IMG/VR virus record: IMGVR_UViG_3300020200_002792
DNA length: 64,000 bases
Direction: 5' to 3' (one strand)
From: a virus
Lineage: Duplodnaviria > Heunggongvirae > Uroviricota > Caudoviricetes
In this document: positions 9,641 to 18,945 of the stretch, in pieces
How positions within the stretch are numbered: the first letter of the stretch is position 1
Layout: each line of letters starts with the position of its first letter
Translations under genes and position numbers: made by a program
The notes under the pieces: model-generated
Told to the model about the DNA's origin: nothing
Seen by the model: the letters and a program-made list of their open reading frames with translations, nothing else
Database searches by the model: none

Positions 9641-11116
9641 TTAAACGATAAAATTGGCTATTGACATTCTTGCATAGAATTTAGCACCTTCACGTAGAAG
9701 TTTCTTGCCATAGCGGGTTAAGATACCCTTTCTTGGGCAGAAACTCTCTGGGTCAAGAACAACAGGTGTCTGAGTTAACGGAACGTATGGACAGTAAAAA
9801 TATCCGCTATCCATATAACTGTCTCCCTTGTAACCAGCTAAAAGCTGATTGTTTGGGAATAATGGGTCTTTGTATAGACGCCATCTGTTGTTAATTGTTC
9901 CGACGTACTGGATGCCTAAGCTGCTGGTGAAAGTCTCAGAAGGACTTGGTGCAAAACCAGCGGTTGCGGTTTCGAACATGGAAGCGACTTCAGGAGAAGT
10001 AACAATCCAGTTGCAACCACCACGCAGGGTCTTTCTGTGGACGACTGCGGAAAGTTCGACTACTTTAACATAAAGAGACTCGTACTTCTCTTTAAAGGTT
10101 TCGCCCAAAGCGGTATTAAAGTCCCAAGCGGCAACTGTACCGGCATTGTTACGAAGGTCAGTTAAGACTTCACGGTCGATTTCCAGGTTAATTTCTTGAG
10201 CCAGAACTGCGGTCAATTCGGCTTCGGCGTCTAGGTTATGCTGAGAACGCAAGTCCTGTTGAGCCTCATAGCTCCAAACTGCCTTTAACTTACGGGTACG
10301 GGCAGCGATTTCTTCGGACTCGACAACCAAGTTAATCTCAGGCAAATCTTGGTTGCACTCCATGTTGTACTCATAAGAGACAACAATGTGGTTAGGACCG
10401 GCAGCAGATGTCCACTGAACAACAACTTCGCCAGTCTCAAGATCGATGCTGGAACCAGAAGATTGGCCCTTAGCAGTTAGACCAGAAACCAAGTCGGTGA
10501 AAGTAAATGTACCAGATGCATTAACAGTGAAGGTCTGGATAGCAACGGAACCATCATAGACTGTACCTGTTACTGTTCCGGCGAATACTGGAGTGTGCTG
10601 GAGTGGAGCATAAGTAGCTGTAGTGATAACACCAGCGTCAGTGCTAGAAACTTCATTCTGCACAAACTGAGAAGCGTACCAAATGTCCAGGTTAGCAGTA
10701 CCATCGGCCAACTGCTGCAATGAATTTGCGTCATCGCCAGGGAATCCGCCATTATTGGTTGCGCCCTGAATAGCACCTTTATTGCTGCTATAACGGAAAC
10801 GCAGGTAATATACTAAACCAGTTGGGCCTAGTAATGGCTGTACGGAAACGATCTTGTTAGCGATCAACTGAGGATAGATACGACGAACAAGAGGAATAGA
10901 AATTCTCTTGAACATAGCAATATCGCCAGTGTCGGTAGCGACTTCGTTCATAAGATACTGGTTTTCAAGCAGTACGGCGCAAGCCTCTTTTTGGTGGCGA
11001 TTTTCGGTGAAATTACCTTTGCGATCATATTCACCGATACCTTCTAGCAAGCCAGTTTGAGTCCATTTCTCAGACAGCTGACGAGCTTCGTTTAAAAATC
11101 TAGCATTAGCGTTCAT
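9641..11116 (-). CDS. major capsid protein, T4 gp23-like (HK97 fold)
   Basis: Blocks matching recalled T4 gp23: VRRIYPQLIANKIVSVQPLLGPTGLVYYLR (gp23 VRRAIPNLIAFDICGVQPMNSPTGQVFALR), QQDLRSQHNLDAEAELTAVLAQEINLEIDREV (AQDLRAVHGMDADAELSGILATEIMLEINREV), YKGDSYMDSGYFYCPYVPLT (YKGPNEMDAGIYYAPYVALT). Synteny with scaffold and protease. Confidence 0.85.
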   Translation of the reverse strand: MNANARFLNEARQLSEKWTQTGLLEGIGEYDRKGNFTENRHQKEACAVLLENQYLMNEVATDTGDIAMFKRISIPLVRRIYPQLIANKIVSVQPLLGPTGLVYYLRFRYSSNKGAIQGATNNGGFPGDDANSLQQLADGTANLDIWYASQFVQNEVSSTDAGVITTATYAPLQHTPVFAGTVTGTVYDGSVAIQTFTVNASGTFTFTDLVSGLTAKGQSSGSSIDLETGEVVVQWTSAAGPNHIVVSYEYNMECNQDLPEINLVVESEEIAARTRKLKAVWSYEAQQDLRSQHNLDAEAELTAVLAQEINLEIDREVLTDLRNNAGTVAAWDFNTALGETFKEKYESLYVKVVELSAVVHRKTLRGGCNWIVTSPEVASMFETATAGFAPSPSETFTSSLGIQYVGTINNRWRLYKDPLFPNNQLLAGYKGDSYMDSGYFYCPYVPLTQTPVVLDPESFCPRKGILTRYGKKLLREGAKFYARMSIANFIV

Positions 11117-11133
11117 ATTTTTCCTTTAATTAA

Positions 11134-12054
11134 TTAACTCTTTTTTGTTCCTGCGAGCAAGTTGGCGGTATTACGATCCAGTCCCATATGCTCTAGGAGT
11201 TTTGTGTCAACTGCTTCTCGGACTGCTGGTTTGGCATCAGTTGTAGTCTCTTTAATAACTTCAACTTGCGAATCCTCAACTACACGTCCTTTCCCCTTTA
11301 CATTCTTTGCATTCTGGTTTCTTTCGTGCTTTTCATTCTTTCTACCTTCTGTCAATAATGCCTCATTATTCTTAACAGCTTCAGTTAATTTGGCGTTAAG
11401 CTGAGTATTCTGACGAGAAATATTAATGTTTCTTGATTCAACTAGCTTGACTTGAGCCTTAAGAGCTTCAACTTGCCTGTTGACTTCTTCAAGTTTGCTG
11501 ATTGCGGTTATATCTTCATCTGCTAGGTAATGGGCTGCGATATTTACGATCTTGTCTAATGCAACCTTGTACTCTGCCATGCGTGGATGGCTAAGAACGT
11601 CACGTTTTGCGTTCTCATAAATCTCTGCTCCCTTGAACTGAAGATAGGCGTCTAATTTATCGACAACATATTCTTTCATTTCCTGAAGTTTGCCGTCATA
11701 CTCATCATAAATTTCAGCTTCTCTTGAGTTGGTGGCGTTTTGAACTTCTTGAATCTTTTGTGCAGCGACTGCATACTGCTCATTCATGAATCGTGTCCAC
11801 TCTTCATTCTGGAACTCAAGACGATTACGAAGTTCAGTGATATGAGCGAAAGCTTCCTGATAGCCTTCATAACCTGTTTTTTCTGCTTCTTCTTTTTTAG
11901 CTGTCAATTCTGTGAATGCCTCTTTAAGATTGGCATCGAATTCAGCTTCTAATTCTTCCCTGGCTTCTGCCATTAATGCGTCAACAGCAGCGGTGACTTC
12001 TTTAAGTTGGTCGGCAGGAATAAATTTCTTTAATGCTTCAAGAATCTTGTCCAT
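11134..12054 (-). CDS. prohead scaffolding protein (gp22-like)
   Basis: Acidic, E/K/A-rich predicted coiled coil of 306 aa, between the protease and the major capsid gene. Confidence 0.55.
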   Translation of the reverse strand: MDKILEALKKFIPADQLKEVTAAVDALMAEAREELEAEFDANLKEAFTELTAKKEEAEKTGYEGYQEAFAHITELRNRLEFQNEEWTRFMNEQYAVAAQKIQEVQNATNSREAEIYDEYDGKLQEMKEYVVDKLDAYLQFKGAEIYENAKRDVLSHPRMAEYKVALDKIVNIAAHYLADEDITAISKLEEVNRQVEALKAQVKLVESRNINISRQNTQLNAKLTEAVKNNEALLTEGRKNEKHERNQNAKNVKGKGRVVEDSQVEVIKETTTDAKPAVREAVDTKLLEHMGLDRNTANLLAGTKKS

Positions 12055-12056
12055 AA

Positions 12057-12707
12057 TTATAATTCGCCTTTCACTTTGTTTGTTGCTTCTTTAATAACGC
12101 TACTTAATGCAGCAATAAATAAATCCTTGCTATTATGTATGCTCTCGTTCGTGATTTTTGTTGAAGAATCTGGCAGGAAATATTCTTTTTTAGAACCTGT
12201 AACTTTTTCACTGAATCCTGCATCTGGGCATGAAGCATCAGCAACAGCATCAAAGGTAATTAACTTATAGCTTTCACTGATTACTAATATGCCATTTTCA
12301 TTGACTTTTCCATTGCCAACACCACGACTACTGACACCAACGCTGACACCATTATTAAGCAATTCTTTTAATATAGAACCGTGTGGTGTAGTTAATATTT
12401 CAGCTTCACCCATTAATGTATTTCCATCCCACCATAGTTTTGTAATTAAATGGCTAGCTTTTTCGAAATGGATGATTGAATCTGCTGGATGATCAAGTTC
12501 ACCTAGAAGGCGTCTTGCTGCGACAACTTCTTGTAGTCTCTTTACATTTTCATCAAGAACTTCAAATGGATACATTCTTTTGTTCTTGTTAATTTGATTT
12601 GCCTCAGAAAACCTTCCTCTAAACTTCAGTAAATTTCTTTCACCTGTAGCTTCATTGATACAAAGTTCCAAGCCTGCATTAAAACTGTCTATTAAAAGCA
12701 TTTGCAT
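12057..12707 (-). CDS. prohead (head maturation) protease, gp21-like
   Basis: 216 aa (T4 gp21 is ~212). Sits first in a protease-scaffold-capsid order. GELDHP and SSRGVG blocks. Assignment rests mainly on synteny and size. Confidence 0.55.
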   Translation of the reverse strand: MQMLLIDSFNAGLELCINEATGERNLLKFRGRFSEANQINKNKRMYPFEVLDENVKRLQEVVAARRLLGELDHPADSIIHFEKASHLITKLWWDGNTLMGEAEILTTPHGSILKELLNNGVSVGVSSRGVGNGKVNENGILVISESYKLITFDAVADASCPDAGFSEKVTGSKKEYFLPDSSTKITNESIHNSKDLFIAALSSVIKEATNKVKGEL

Positions 12708-12737
12708 AATATTTATATATTCTGACTTATTTAATTT

Positions 12738-13850
12738 ATGCTAGCTAATTATCAAGACATATCGAATTTCCTTAACTCAAAGAGTCTTTTAGGGAATTTA
12801 ACGGATATACAACAAATTTCCTTATTAAGTGAAGCTTTATCAATTCTAGAAGAAAATGATTCTGATTTAATGGTTGCGGTGGAACATGAAATGGCTTCTT
12901 TAATACAGAGTTATTTTGTAGAGAGTAGAACAATGGGAGTTCAATTTGACGAAGGTGACGTTATTGGCTGGGTTAAAAGTTTTTTTACATGGTGGAGAGG
13001 GTTAGTTAAACACGAATGGTTGATGCCAGCTGAACCAATTATTGTTGGAAATAAGTTAAGAATGGGTGTTTTTGGTGATTGGGGGACTGGCTTATATGGC
13101 GCAGTTCCGTTAGCTAAAAGTATAGAAAAAGATGGCAATTTTGATATTTTAGTGCATTTAGGAGACGTGTATTATTCTGGAACTGAAAGCGAAGTTAAGG
13201 ATAGGTTTTTGAATTTTTGGCCAAATACCAGAGCTATATGTCGCTCTTGTAATTCAAACCATGAGATGTATACTGGTGGCTATGGATATTTTAAGCACAT
13301 TTTACCTGCTTTTAATCAATCTTCTAGTTGTTTTGCTTTTAAGAATGATAAATGGTTGATTGTAGGTTTAGACTCTGCATATCATAATTTTGACTTTAAT
13401 GAAGAACAGATGATTTGGTTGGAAAATATAGCTGATAGAAAGATTGTTTTGTTTACTCATAATCAACCATTTTCTTTGTTAAGTGTGCAGGGGACTAAAT
13501 TGGTTACTAAACTTGGCAGGCTATTAGAAGAAAAGAAGATATTTGCTTGGTATTGGGGGCATGAGCATAGGTGTGTTATTTATGATTACCATCCTGTGTT
13601 GAACTTTCATGGACGTTGTTTGGGTCATGCTGGTTATCCTTATTATAGAAGAGAAGGTGGTGATTGGATTAAGTTAGATGGTAAAAACTTTATGCCAGGT
13701 GGTTTATTATTGAATATGCCTAACCCTTATATTGATGATAGATATGGGGTTAATGGATATGCTGTCTTGGAGATTGAAGGCAATAAAATACATGAAATTT
13801 ACTATAATGCTGATGGAGTAATATTAAATGAAAAATTATTGGTTGGATAA
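12738..13850 (+). CDS. calcineurin-like metallophosphoesterase
   Basis: GDWGTG, GDVYY, NHEMY and GHEH metal-ligand motifs in canonical order. Confidence 0.75.
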   Translation: MLANYQDISNFLNSKSLLGNLTDIQQISLLSEALSILEENDSDLMVAVEHEMASLIQSYFVESRTMGVQFDEGDVIGWVKSFFTWWRGLVKHEWLMPAEPIIVGNKLRMGVFGDWGTGLYGAVPLAKSIEKDGNFDILVHLGDVYYSGTESEVKDRFLNFWPNTRAICRSCNSNHEMYTGGYGYFKHILPAFNQSSSCFAFKNDKWLIVGLDSAYHNFDFNEEQMIWLENIADRKIVLFTHNQPFSLLSVQGTKLVTKLGRLLEEKKIFAWYWGHEHRCVIYDYHPVLNFHGRCLGHAGYPYYRREGGDWIKLDGKNFMPGGLLLNMPNPYIDDRYGVNGYAVLEIEGNKIHEIYYNADGVILNEKLLVG

Positions 13851-14136
13851 AGGTAAAGTTCAAGTTAAAATATGGAAAGATGATAAGATAATTAAAAGCT
13901 TTAAGATGAATGATACCCTTGGAATTGATGGAATTAGCAATCCTTTTAAAGAAGCACATTTATTATTGGAAGCATTTAGAGAGCATCTTTCTTATTTTTA
14001 TTGTTTAGAATCGTGGGAGAAACCTGTGCCTTTATCTGAACAAGAAATTAATGAATTTAAAGCTTCTTGGCAAAAATTAAGTGGTAATCAAAAAACATAT
14101 ATTCCAGGATATAAAGTATGTTACGAGAAAATATAG
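13828..14136 (+). CDS. small protein, NYWLD-N-terminus family member 1
   Basis: Starts MKNYWLDKGK. Overlaps the phosphoesterase stop. SD-like ggag upstream. Confidence 0.4.
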   Translation: MKNYWLDKGKVQVKIWKDDKIIKSFKMNDTLGIDGISNPFKEAHLLLEAFREHLSYFYCLESWEKPVPLSEQEINEFKASWQKLSGNQKTYIPGYKVCYEKI

Positions 14137-14384
14137 CTAATGGTCAAAGTAATGATGAATATGTCACAATAATATTTGAATTGTGTGGTATAAAAGAGAC
14201 TTGGACGCAGCCAGAGATTGGCAAATGGGTAAGTGATCAGGTTGAATTAAGAAATAATTTAAGAGAATTAGTTCAATTAATTAAAAATCGTGTTGTACAA
14301 AATGTTCATGATCATCAAAAAATGGAAAGTGCTACTGAATTTATAAAGATGTGGATAGAATTTAAAAAAAATGAAGTTGGTTAA
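14118..14384 (+). CDS. hypothetical small protein
   Basis: Overlapping, same-strand member of the compact operon. Confidence 0.3.
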   Translation: MLRENIANGQSNDEYVTIIFELCGIKETWTQPEIGKWVSDQVELRNNLRELVQLIKNRVVQNVHDHQKMESATEFIKMWIEFKKNEVG

Positions 14385-14393
14385 GGAGATAAA

Positions 14394-14579
14394 ATGACTA
14401 ATTATTGGTTAGATAGAATTGAAAAACAGAAGAAAGAAGCCAACGATTATTGGACGGAATTCTTTTATACAAGTAAGAAACAAATATTAACAAGATATGG
14501 TAAAAAGAAGGTTGTTCCTTATGGAGCAACTTTCTTAAAAGATAATAAACCTATTGACTTAGATAATAAAAAAGATTAA
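14394..14579 (+). CDS. small protein, NYWLD-N-terminus family member 2
   Basis: Starts MTNYWLDRIEK. aaggag SD 7 nt upstream. Confidence 0.4.
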   Translation: MTNYWLDRIEKQKKEANDYWTEFFYTSKKQILTRYGKKKVVPYGATFLKDNKPIDLDNKKD

Positions 14580-14588
14580 CATATAGTA

Positions 14589-15035
14589 ATGAAAAAATTA
14601 CCTATATTGTTAATATTTGCTATAGGATGTAGAAATACGCCTCCTCCTGATTCAACTGGTATAGATGTTAAAGAAATACTTAAATTTGTTAATATTGAAA
14701 GAACTACTAGAAATCTTGAACCATTAGTTACAGATGACATTTTACAATTTGAAGCAGAAGATTATGCTGAAGCAATGGCTGCTATGAATAGAATGCAACA
14801 TGGTCTTAAAGGGCCATTAATGAAAAGATTAAGTGATGCAGGCTATAATGCTTCTGCTGCGGGAGAAAATATAGCTTGGAATTATAGGTCATCTTCGGCA
14901 GTTGTTAGGGGTTGGATGGATTCTTCTGGACATAGAGCTAATATATTAGGTAATTATCAAGATACTGGTATTGGTGTTGGTTATAACATTAAAGGCGAAC
15001 CATACTTTTGCCAGGTTTTTGGGAGAAAACGATGA
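14589..15035 (+). CDS. CAP/SCP (PR-1-like) domain lipoprotein
   Basis: Signal peptide with lipobox-like LIFAIGC. CAP motifs GENIAWN and SGHRANILG...GVG. Confidence 0.65.
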   Translation: MKKLPILLIFAIGCRNTPPPDSTGIDVKEILKFVNIERTTRNLEPLVTDDILQFEAEDYAEAMAAMNRMQHGLKGPLMKRLSDAGYNASAAGENIAWNYRSSSAVVRGWMDSSGHRANILGNYQDTGIGVGYNIKGEPYFCQVFGRKR

Positions 15036-15134
15036 ATTTATGGCTTGCTGGATTGTTTACTGTGATGTTCTTTGTTGATTTGTTTTGGAAATGGCGAATA
15101 GAAGCTAGATTAAAAGAGCTTGAAAGGAAATAAC
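15033..15134 (+). CDS. small single-pass membrane peptide (33 aa)
   Basis: Own translation MNLWLAGLFTVMFFVDLFWKWRIEARLKELERK. ATGA overlap with the CAP gene stop. Confidence 0.3.
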
Positions 15135-15389
15135 ATGCAAAACTTTTGGTTAGATAGAAATAAAAAAATAATTGTAGATTGGGGGAAACCAATTACACTT
15201 ACTTGTCGTGTGACAGTTGAAGGTCCAGACTTTCAAGCTTTGCAAAGGGCACCAATAACTTCAGCTACAGACTCAGAGTTAGCCCAAGCTACTGCAATTA
15301 GATTTTCTCCTGAACAGGTTACTTTTCTAAAGCTAAATGGTTCGGCTAATGATCAGGTTTTCCCCGGAGATTTGCATATTGAATCCTAA
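15135..15389 (+). CDS. small protein, NYWLD-N-terminus family member 3
   Basis: MQNFWLDRNKK at the second Met of ORF 15120..15389. Confidence 0.4.
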   Translation: MQNFWLDRNKKIIVDWGKPITLTCRVTVEGPDFQALQRAPITSATDSELAQATAIRFSPEQVTFLKLNGSANDQVFPGDLHIES

Positions 15390-15809
15390 TTGCTTAAGCC
15401 TAGAGTGTTGAAATAGTAACTGATATGCATTGAATTTACTGGTATCAAAGTCTCTGCTGGCTTGATTATTCTGATTTCTTGTTTGTATTTTCTTTTGTCT
15501 TTGACTATCAAGAGCTTCTGGATGTATTTTAAGCTTCATTACTGGTGTGTTGTTAAATAAATCAATTATAGCTTGTTCTAATACTTGAAATAACTTAAAT
15601 AATGTTTGCATAGGTACTGGTTCTGGATCAAAAGGGTCTTGATGAAACCCAGCTGTCCAATCCTTATCGCTATAAAGGTGCCAAAAATCAATGACGAATG
15701 TTATTCCGTCTAAAGTAATTTTGCCACGCCAATCTTTATCTTGTTCTATCCATGTTATCTGTGGTGATGGGCCAGTTAACTCCATTAACCATTGTGCAAA
15801 AGAAAGCAT
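15333..15809 (-). CDS. hypothetical protein with T4-CTS-like N-terminus
   Basis: Starts MLSFAQWLMELTG. ATAAATA motif just upstream. Confidence 0.4.
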   Translation of the reverse strand: MLSFAQWLMELTGPSPQITWIEQDKDWRGKITLDGITFVIDFWHLYSDKDWTAGFHQDPFDPEPVPMQTLFKLFQVLEQAIIDLFNNTPVMKLKIHPEALDSQRQKKIQTRNQNNQASRDFDTSKFNAYQLLFQHSRLKQLGFNMQISGENLIISRTI

Positions 15810-15841
15810 ATGGTATTTATGGCATTGACTTTAATAGTAAT

Positions 15842-16135
15842 TTAAATTATATTGAACAAATGAGAAAAGATTGGACTAAAGAAGAATTGAAGATATTGCA
15901 TACTAGAATTGAGATTCCTTTGGTCGAAATGTGCAAGCTTCTTCCTGGAAGAACAGGCAATGCTGTGAAGTACCCACGACCCTAAAGGGTCGGGGCTTCC
16001 TCTTTCACCCACAGTCGCTTGTGTTCCATTTAGGAGGTAAGTCTTATACCATGTCCACAGGCTTAAATTCCCCCACTTCCTGGGGTATAAGAGCCTTAAA
16101 TTTTGGTTCTCAAATACATCACACTTGGTTATCAT
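15842..16135 (-). CDS. questionable ORF whose N-terminal 57 aa are encoded by repeat A copy 1
   Basis: Shares MITKCDVFENQNLRLLYPRKWGNLSLWTWYKTYL...GSPDPLGSWVLH with ORF 63530..63976. The rest is low-quality sequence. Confidence 0.2.
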   Translation of the reverse strand: MITKCDVFENQNLRLLYPRKWGNLSLWTWYKTYLLNGTQATVGERGSPDPLGSWVLHSIACSSRKKLAHFDQRNLNSSMQYLQFFFSPIFSHLFNII

Positions 16136-16159
16136 GCGATGTATATTGAAGACGCTTTA
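15965..16159. repeat. 195-bp direct repeat A, copy 1; GC-elevated with several internal hairpins
   Basis: Near-identical (~94% then 100%) to 63806..64000. Internal stems tcttatacc/ggtataaga, cccca/tgggg and atacatc/gatgtat. ORFs read across it on both strands. Confidence 0.8.
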
Positions 16160-16202
16160 ACTTAGTATTTAGTTTGAAATTATTTCATAATTAGTCCTAT
16201 GG

Positions 16203-16303
16203 GCGACTTCATCCTCTACCCTAAAGGGCAAGCCTCTGTTTGCCTCACTCGCTTCACTCGTTCGTCTGCACAGAGGCTTGTGCTAAAGCATAGAGGTTTT
16301 CGC
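16203..16303 (+). repeat. GC-rich hairpin element X, copy 1
   Basis: cttcatcctctaccctaaagggcaagc; 10-bp stem caagcctctg/cagaggcttg; 32-nt loop; ggttttcgccgc. Present as an inverted copy at 63396..63507 with compensatory stem changes. Confidence 0.6.
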
Positions 16304-16824
16304 CGCCAAGAAGGATAAAATATATTTGGCGCAGCTGGTATATTGTGAGGTTTTATCCATTTTCTAAATTCTTTTGTATTCTTAAAATTTTTATTTCTAA
16401 CTATTTTTCTAGCTATTTTAAAAGCAAGAAATACCTTACATTTGTTAGCTAACCTATTAGTGCCAAGCCAATCACCCCAATTCGACCATTCTTTATATAC
16501 TTCGTTTGGATTTGCAGGAATATCAGTTGGTCGATCTTCTGATTTACAAAACAACCTCCATTCTTTTTGACCAGATAATTTTAAACTTACCACAATAGCT
16601 TTTGCTTTTAAAAATGGCAACCACCCTCCACGACGGCTATTAGTGCCAAGCCAATCACCCCAACATTGCCAATCATCTTTGTAAATGATATTAGGGCACC
16701 TGGGAATATCATCTGGCTTATTATCAGATTTACAGTATCTACGCCAGTCTGGGTTTTCGCTTTTTAAATTTAAAGAATGAACAAAATATTTTGCTTCTTC
16801 AAATGGTCTATATTTATTGTACAA
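16216..16824 (-). CDS. W-rich triple-repeat protein (IPxxPNxxYKxxWxxWGDWLG x3); possibly the detached C-terminal module of the upstream recombinase
   Basis: Three tandem repeats. Starts with TTG immediately after, and in frame with, the TAA of ORF 16825..18861. C-terminal tail reads into the X hairpin. Confidence 0.4.
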   Translation of the reverse strand: MYNKYRPFEEAKYFVHSLNLKSENPDWRRYCKSDNKPDDIPRCPNIIYKDDWQCWGDWLGTNSRRGGWLPFLKAKAIVVSLKLSGQKEWRLFCKSEDRPTDIPANPNEVYKEWSNWGDWLGTNRLANKCKVFLAFKIARKIVRNKNFKNTKEFRKWIKPHNIPAAPNIFYPSWRRKPLCFSTSLCADERVKRVRQTEACPLG

Positions 16825-18861
16825 TTAAATATTTCTTTTCTTTCTTGATTTAAATCGTGCAATTGTGCTTGGGCATTTATGTTTTTTCTTAGTTGCCATT
16901 GATCCCTCATAGAATTTACCGGCAAGATAATCAAACTCTTTACCTTTTGCCCAAGGATAAGACCTTGCCCTATAAAATTTTTGATAGTCTTCTTCACTAA
17001 CTTCAAGTTTCGCATCTACTCTAGTTGAATAAACACTAACGTATTTTTCTTTGTTTTGACAGTTTATATGTATTTTAATATCCATTTTATTCATAATCAA
17101 TTTTAAATCAATATCAGATGCTATGCCCTTTTTTAATTTCAATATTGCTTCTTCTAGTAAAAGTATATTCTTTTTTTCTGATAAATATTTTGGAAGGAGA
17201 TTTGGTTTTACATCCTTTTCTAATTCTATTTTTTCTCTTTCCAATTCTAAAGCTTTTTGCTTCAAGGTAGGCATACTCTCTTTTCCAATAAAGCGATACA
17301 TATTAGAAAGCTGTTCATCTATAAGTTTAATTTTGCTTACAATACCAGAATTTACCTTGTCTAATGCCAAAGAATATAGATATTCAAAATCACCATTACC
17401 AATATCAAATTGGCTTATCAAGTCCTGCATCGATAAAGCGGTATTTATTTTATAAGTGCTTAGATCATAGTTTTGCCAAAATGATAATCTAAAATAATCA
17501 TTTATTATACACACTAACATATTAAGAGCAAAAGACATACAAGCACCTGACTTATTTGTTCTATATCGTGTATTCTCCGATCTAACTACACAATGAACCT
17601 GCCTACCTCCAGAAACAAAATGGCAATCATGCACATCATCCCAAATAAAATCACTCAACCAATGAGCAGGTTTCTTTTCATAATTTCTCCTGCATAAATT
17701 ACTAAGCCCTTTACTTGCTCTAATCTTGTTCACCTTTTTTATATTTTCTGTTTGGCCAACTTCCAATGAAAGTATGTGTTGCCTTAATTCTTTCCATTCA
17801 TCAAATGGCAACAAATTAAAAATAGGCTTGTCTGGGTACACCCAATTTGATTCTGGAACATCATCGGGTTTACATTTCCCTAATCTTGCATTTCTATTCC
17901 TTTCGAATCCATCTGCTTCTTTTTTATTTCTAAAAAACATAGCGGGTGATGATGGTTTTGTAGTTTTACCAATAACAGGCAATCCAACACATACCGAATT
18001 AAGAATAAGTTTGCGACATCTTTCACCAGTCCAACCACAACCATACGAATCTTCAAAATGTTTGGTTAATTCAATAGCCAATTGATTCCAAGTGTAGCCA
18101 ATACCCATTTTTCTTTGCTCTTGACACCAATTAAAAATATACCATAATATTTCTATTCTTTCTTTGTCGCCAGTTAAACAAAGTCGTTGAATGTCCTTTG
18201 TTTTTTCGTGCTTAGACGGATTTTCTTTTTTAATTTCTCCATTAGGCATAATCACTATATGTCGTGTTTTAATACCTAACTTTTTAGCTTTCATTTTACT
18301 AATTATTTCTCGCCAAGTAAAAATATGATTGCCAAACAAATCCTCTCTTCTTACGTCACACAACCAAGGAATATTAAACCCAACATATAACCCCATTTTG
18401 GCCATCGCTTCATGTTTGCCCTTTATTCTTTTTGACAAAGATTCTAATTCATCTGTAGCAATAGCAAACAAACAAGTGGTCATAACTCTTTCAGTAATAG
18501 TTTCTGGAAAACATATATCCCATAACATATTCGGAGTAAAAATTGAGATTTTATGCGGGATAAAGAATTCATTTTTCTGTTTTTCCCATAATTCATAAGT
18601 TCCAAAACGAGTTGCATCTGAATACCACAAATTAAACCCATCAGGATGCAGACAAGATATTTCTTCTAGCTTTTTGAATGAATCTCTTTCAATGCATCCT
18701 CTTTTTTGGCCTTTATCTTCCAGCCACACATCATATTTAATTCCTAAATTATAGGCTAAATTTGCTAAAGTTTCTTTTTGACGATCACAATCTTGGTTAT
18801 TGGTTGAAACACGAACAGCAGCAACATTAATCTTTTTCTCTAAAAATTTCTTATCAGACAT
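16825..18861 (-). CDS. large serine recombinase (resolvase/invertase-type catalytic domain, 678 aa)
   Basis: N-terminal AAVRVSTNNQD...RQKE, the resolvase catalytic serine motif. Size like TnpX/phage large serine integrases. Confidence 0.7.
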   Translation of the reverse strand: MSDKKFLEKKINVAAVRVSTNNQDCDRQKETLANLAYNLGIKYDVWLEDKGQKRGCIERDSFKKLEEISCLHPDGFNLWYSDATRFGTYELWEKQKNEFFIPHKISIFTPNMLWDICFPETITERVMTTCLFAIATDELESLSKRIKGKHEAMAKMGLYVGFNIPWLCDVRREDLFGNHIFTWREIISKMKAKKLGIKTRHIVIMPNGEIKKENPSKHEKTKDIQRLCLTGDKERIEILWYIFNWCQEQRKMGIGYTWNQLAIELTKHFEDSYGCGWTGERCRKLILNSVCVGLPVIGKTTKPSSPAMFFRNKKEADGFERNRNARLGKCKPDDVPESNWVYPDKPIFNLLPFDEWKELRQHILSLEVGQTENIKKVNKIRASKGLSNLCRRNYEKKPAHWLSDFIWDDVHDCHFVSGGRQVHCVVRSENTRYRTNKSGACMSFALNMLVCIINDYFRLSFWQNYDLSTYKINTALSMQDLISQFDIGNGDFEYLYSLALDKVNSGIVSKIKLIDEQLSNMYRFIGKESMPTLKQKALELEREKIELEKDVKPNLLPKYLSEKKNILLLEEAILKLKKGIASDIDLKLIMNKMDIKIHINCQNKEKYVSVYSTRVDAKLEVSEEDYQKFYRARSYPWAKGKEFDYLAGKFYEGSMATKKKHKCPSTIARFKSRKKRNI

Positions 18862-18945
18862 GATTATCCTACATAAAAGTTTATACTCTTATATAGTATC
18901 ACCGACAATTTTTTTCTATTGCTATGGTTACAACAAAATATGCTA

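Noticed and set aside
15931-16149. Plus-strand ORFs across repeat A (15931..16149 and 63787..63990)
   Set aside because: They lie entirely within the structured repeat and mirror the minus-strand ORF. The repeat is more likely a non-coding or mobile element end than coding on both strands.
16229-16280. Cys-rich C-terminal tail of ORF 16216..16824 (..LCADERVKRVRQTEACPLG)
   Set aside because: This tail is the translation of the GC-rich X1 hairpin. The ORF probably ends earlier or is read through non-coding sequence.
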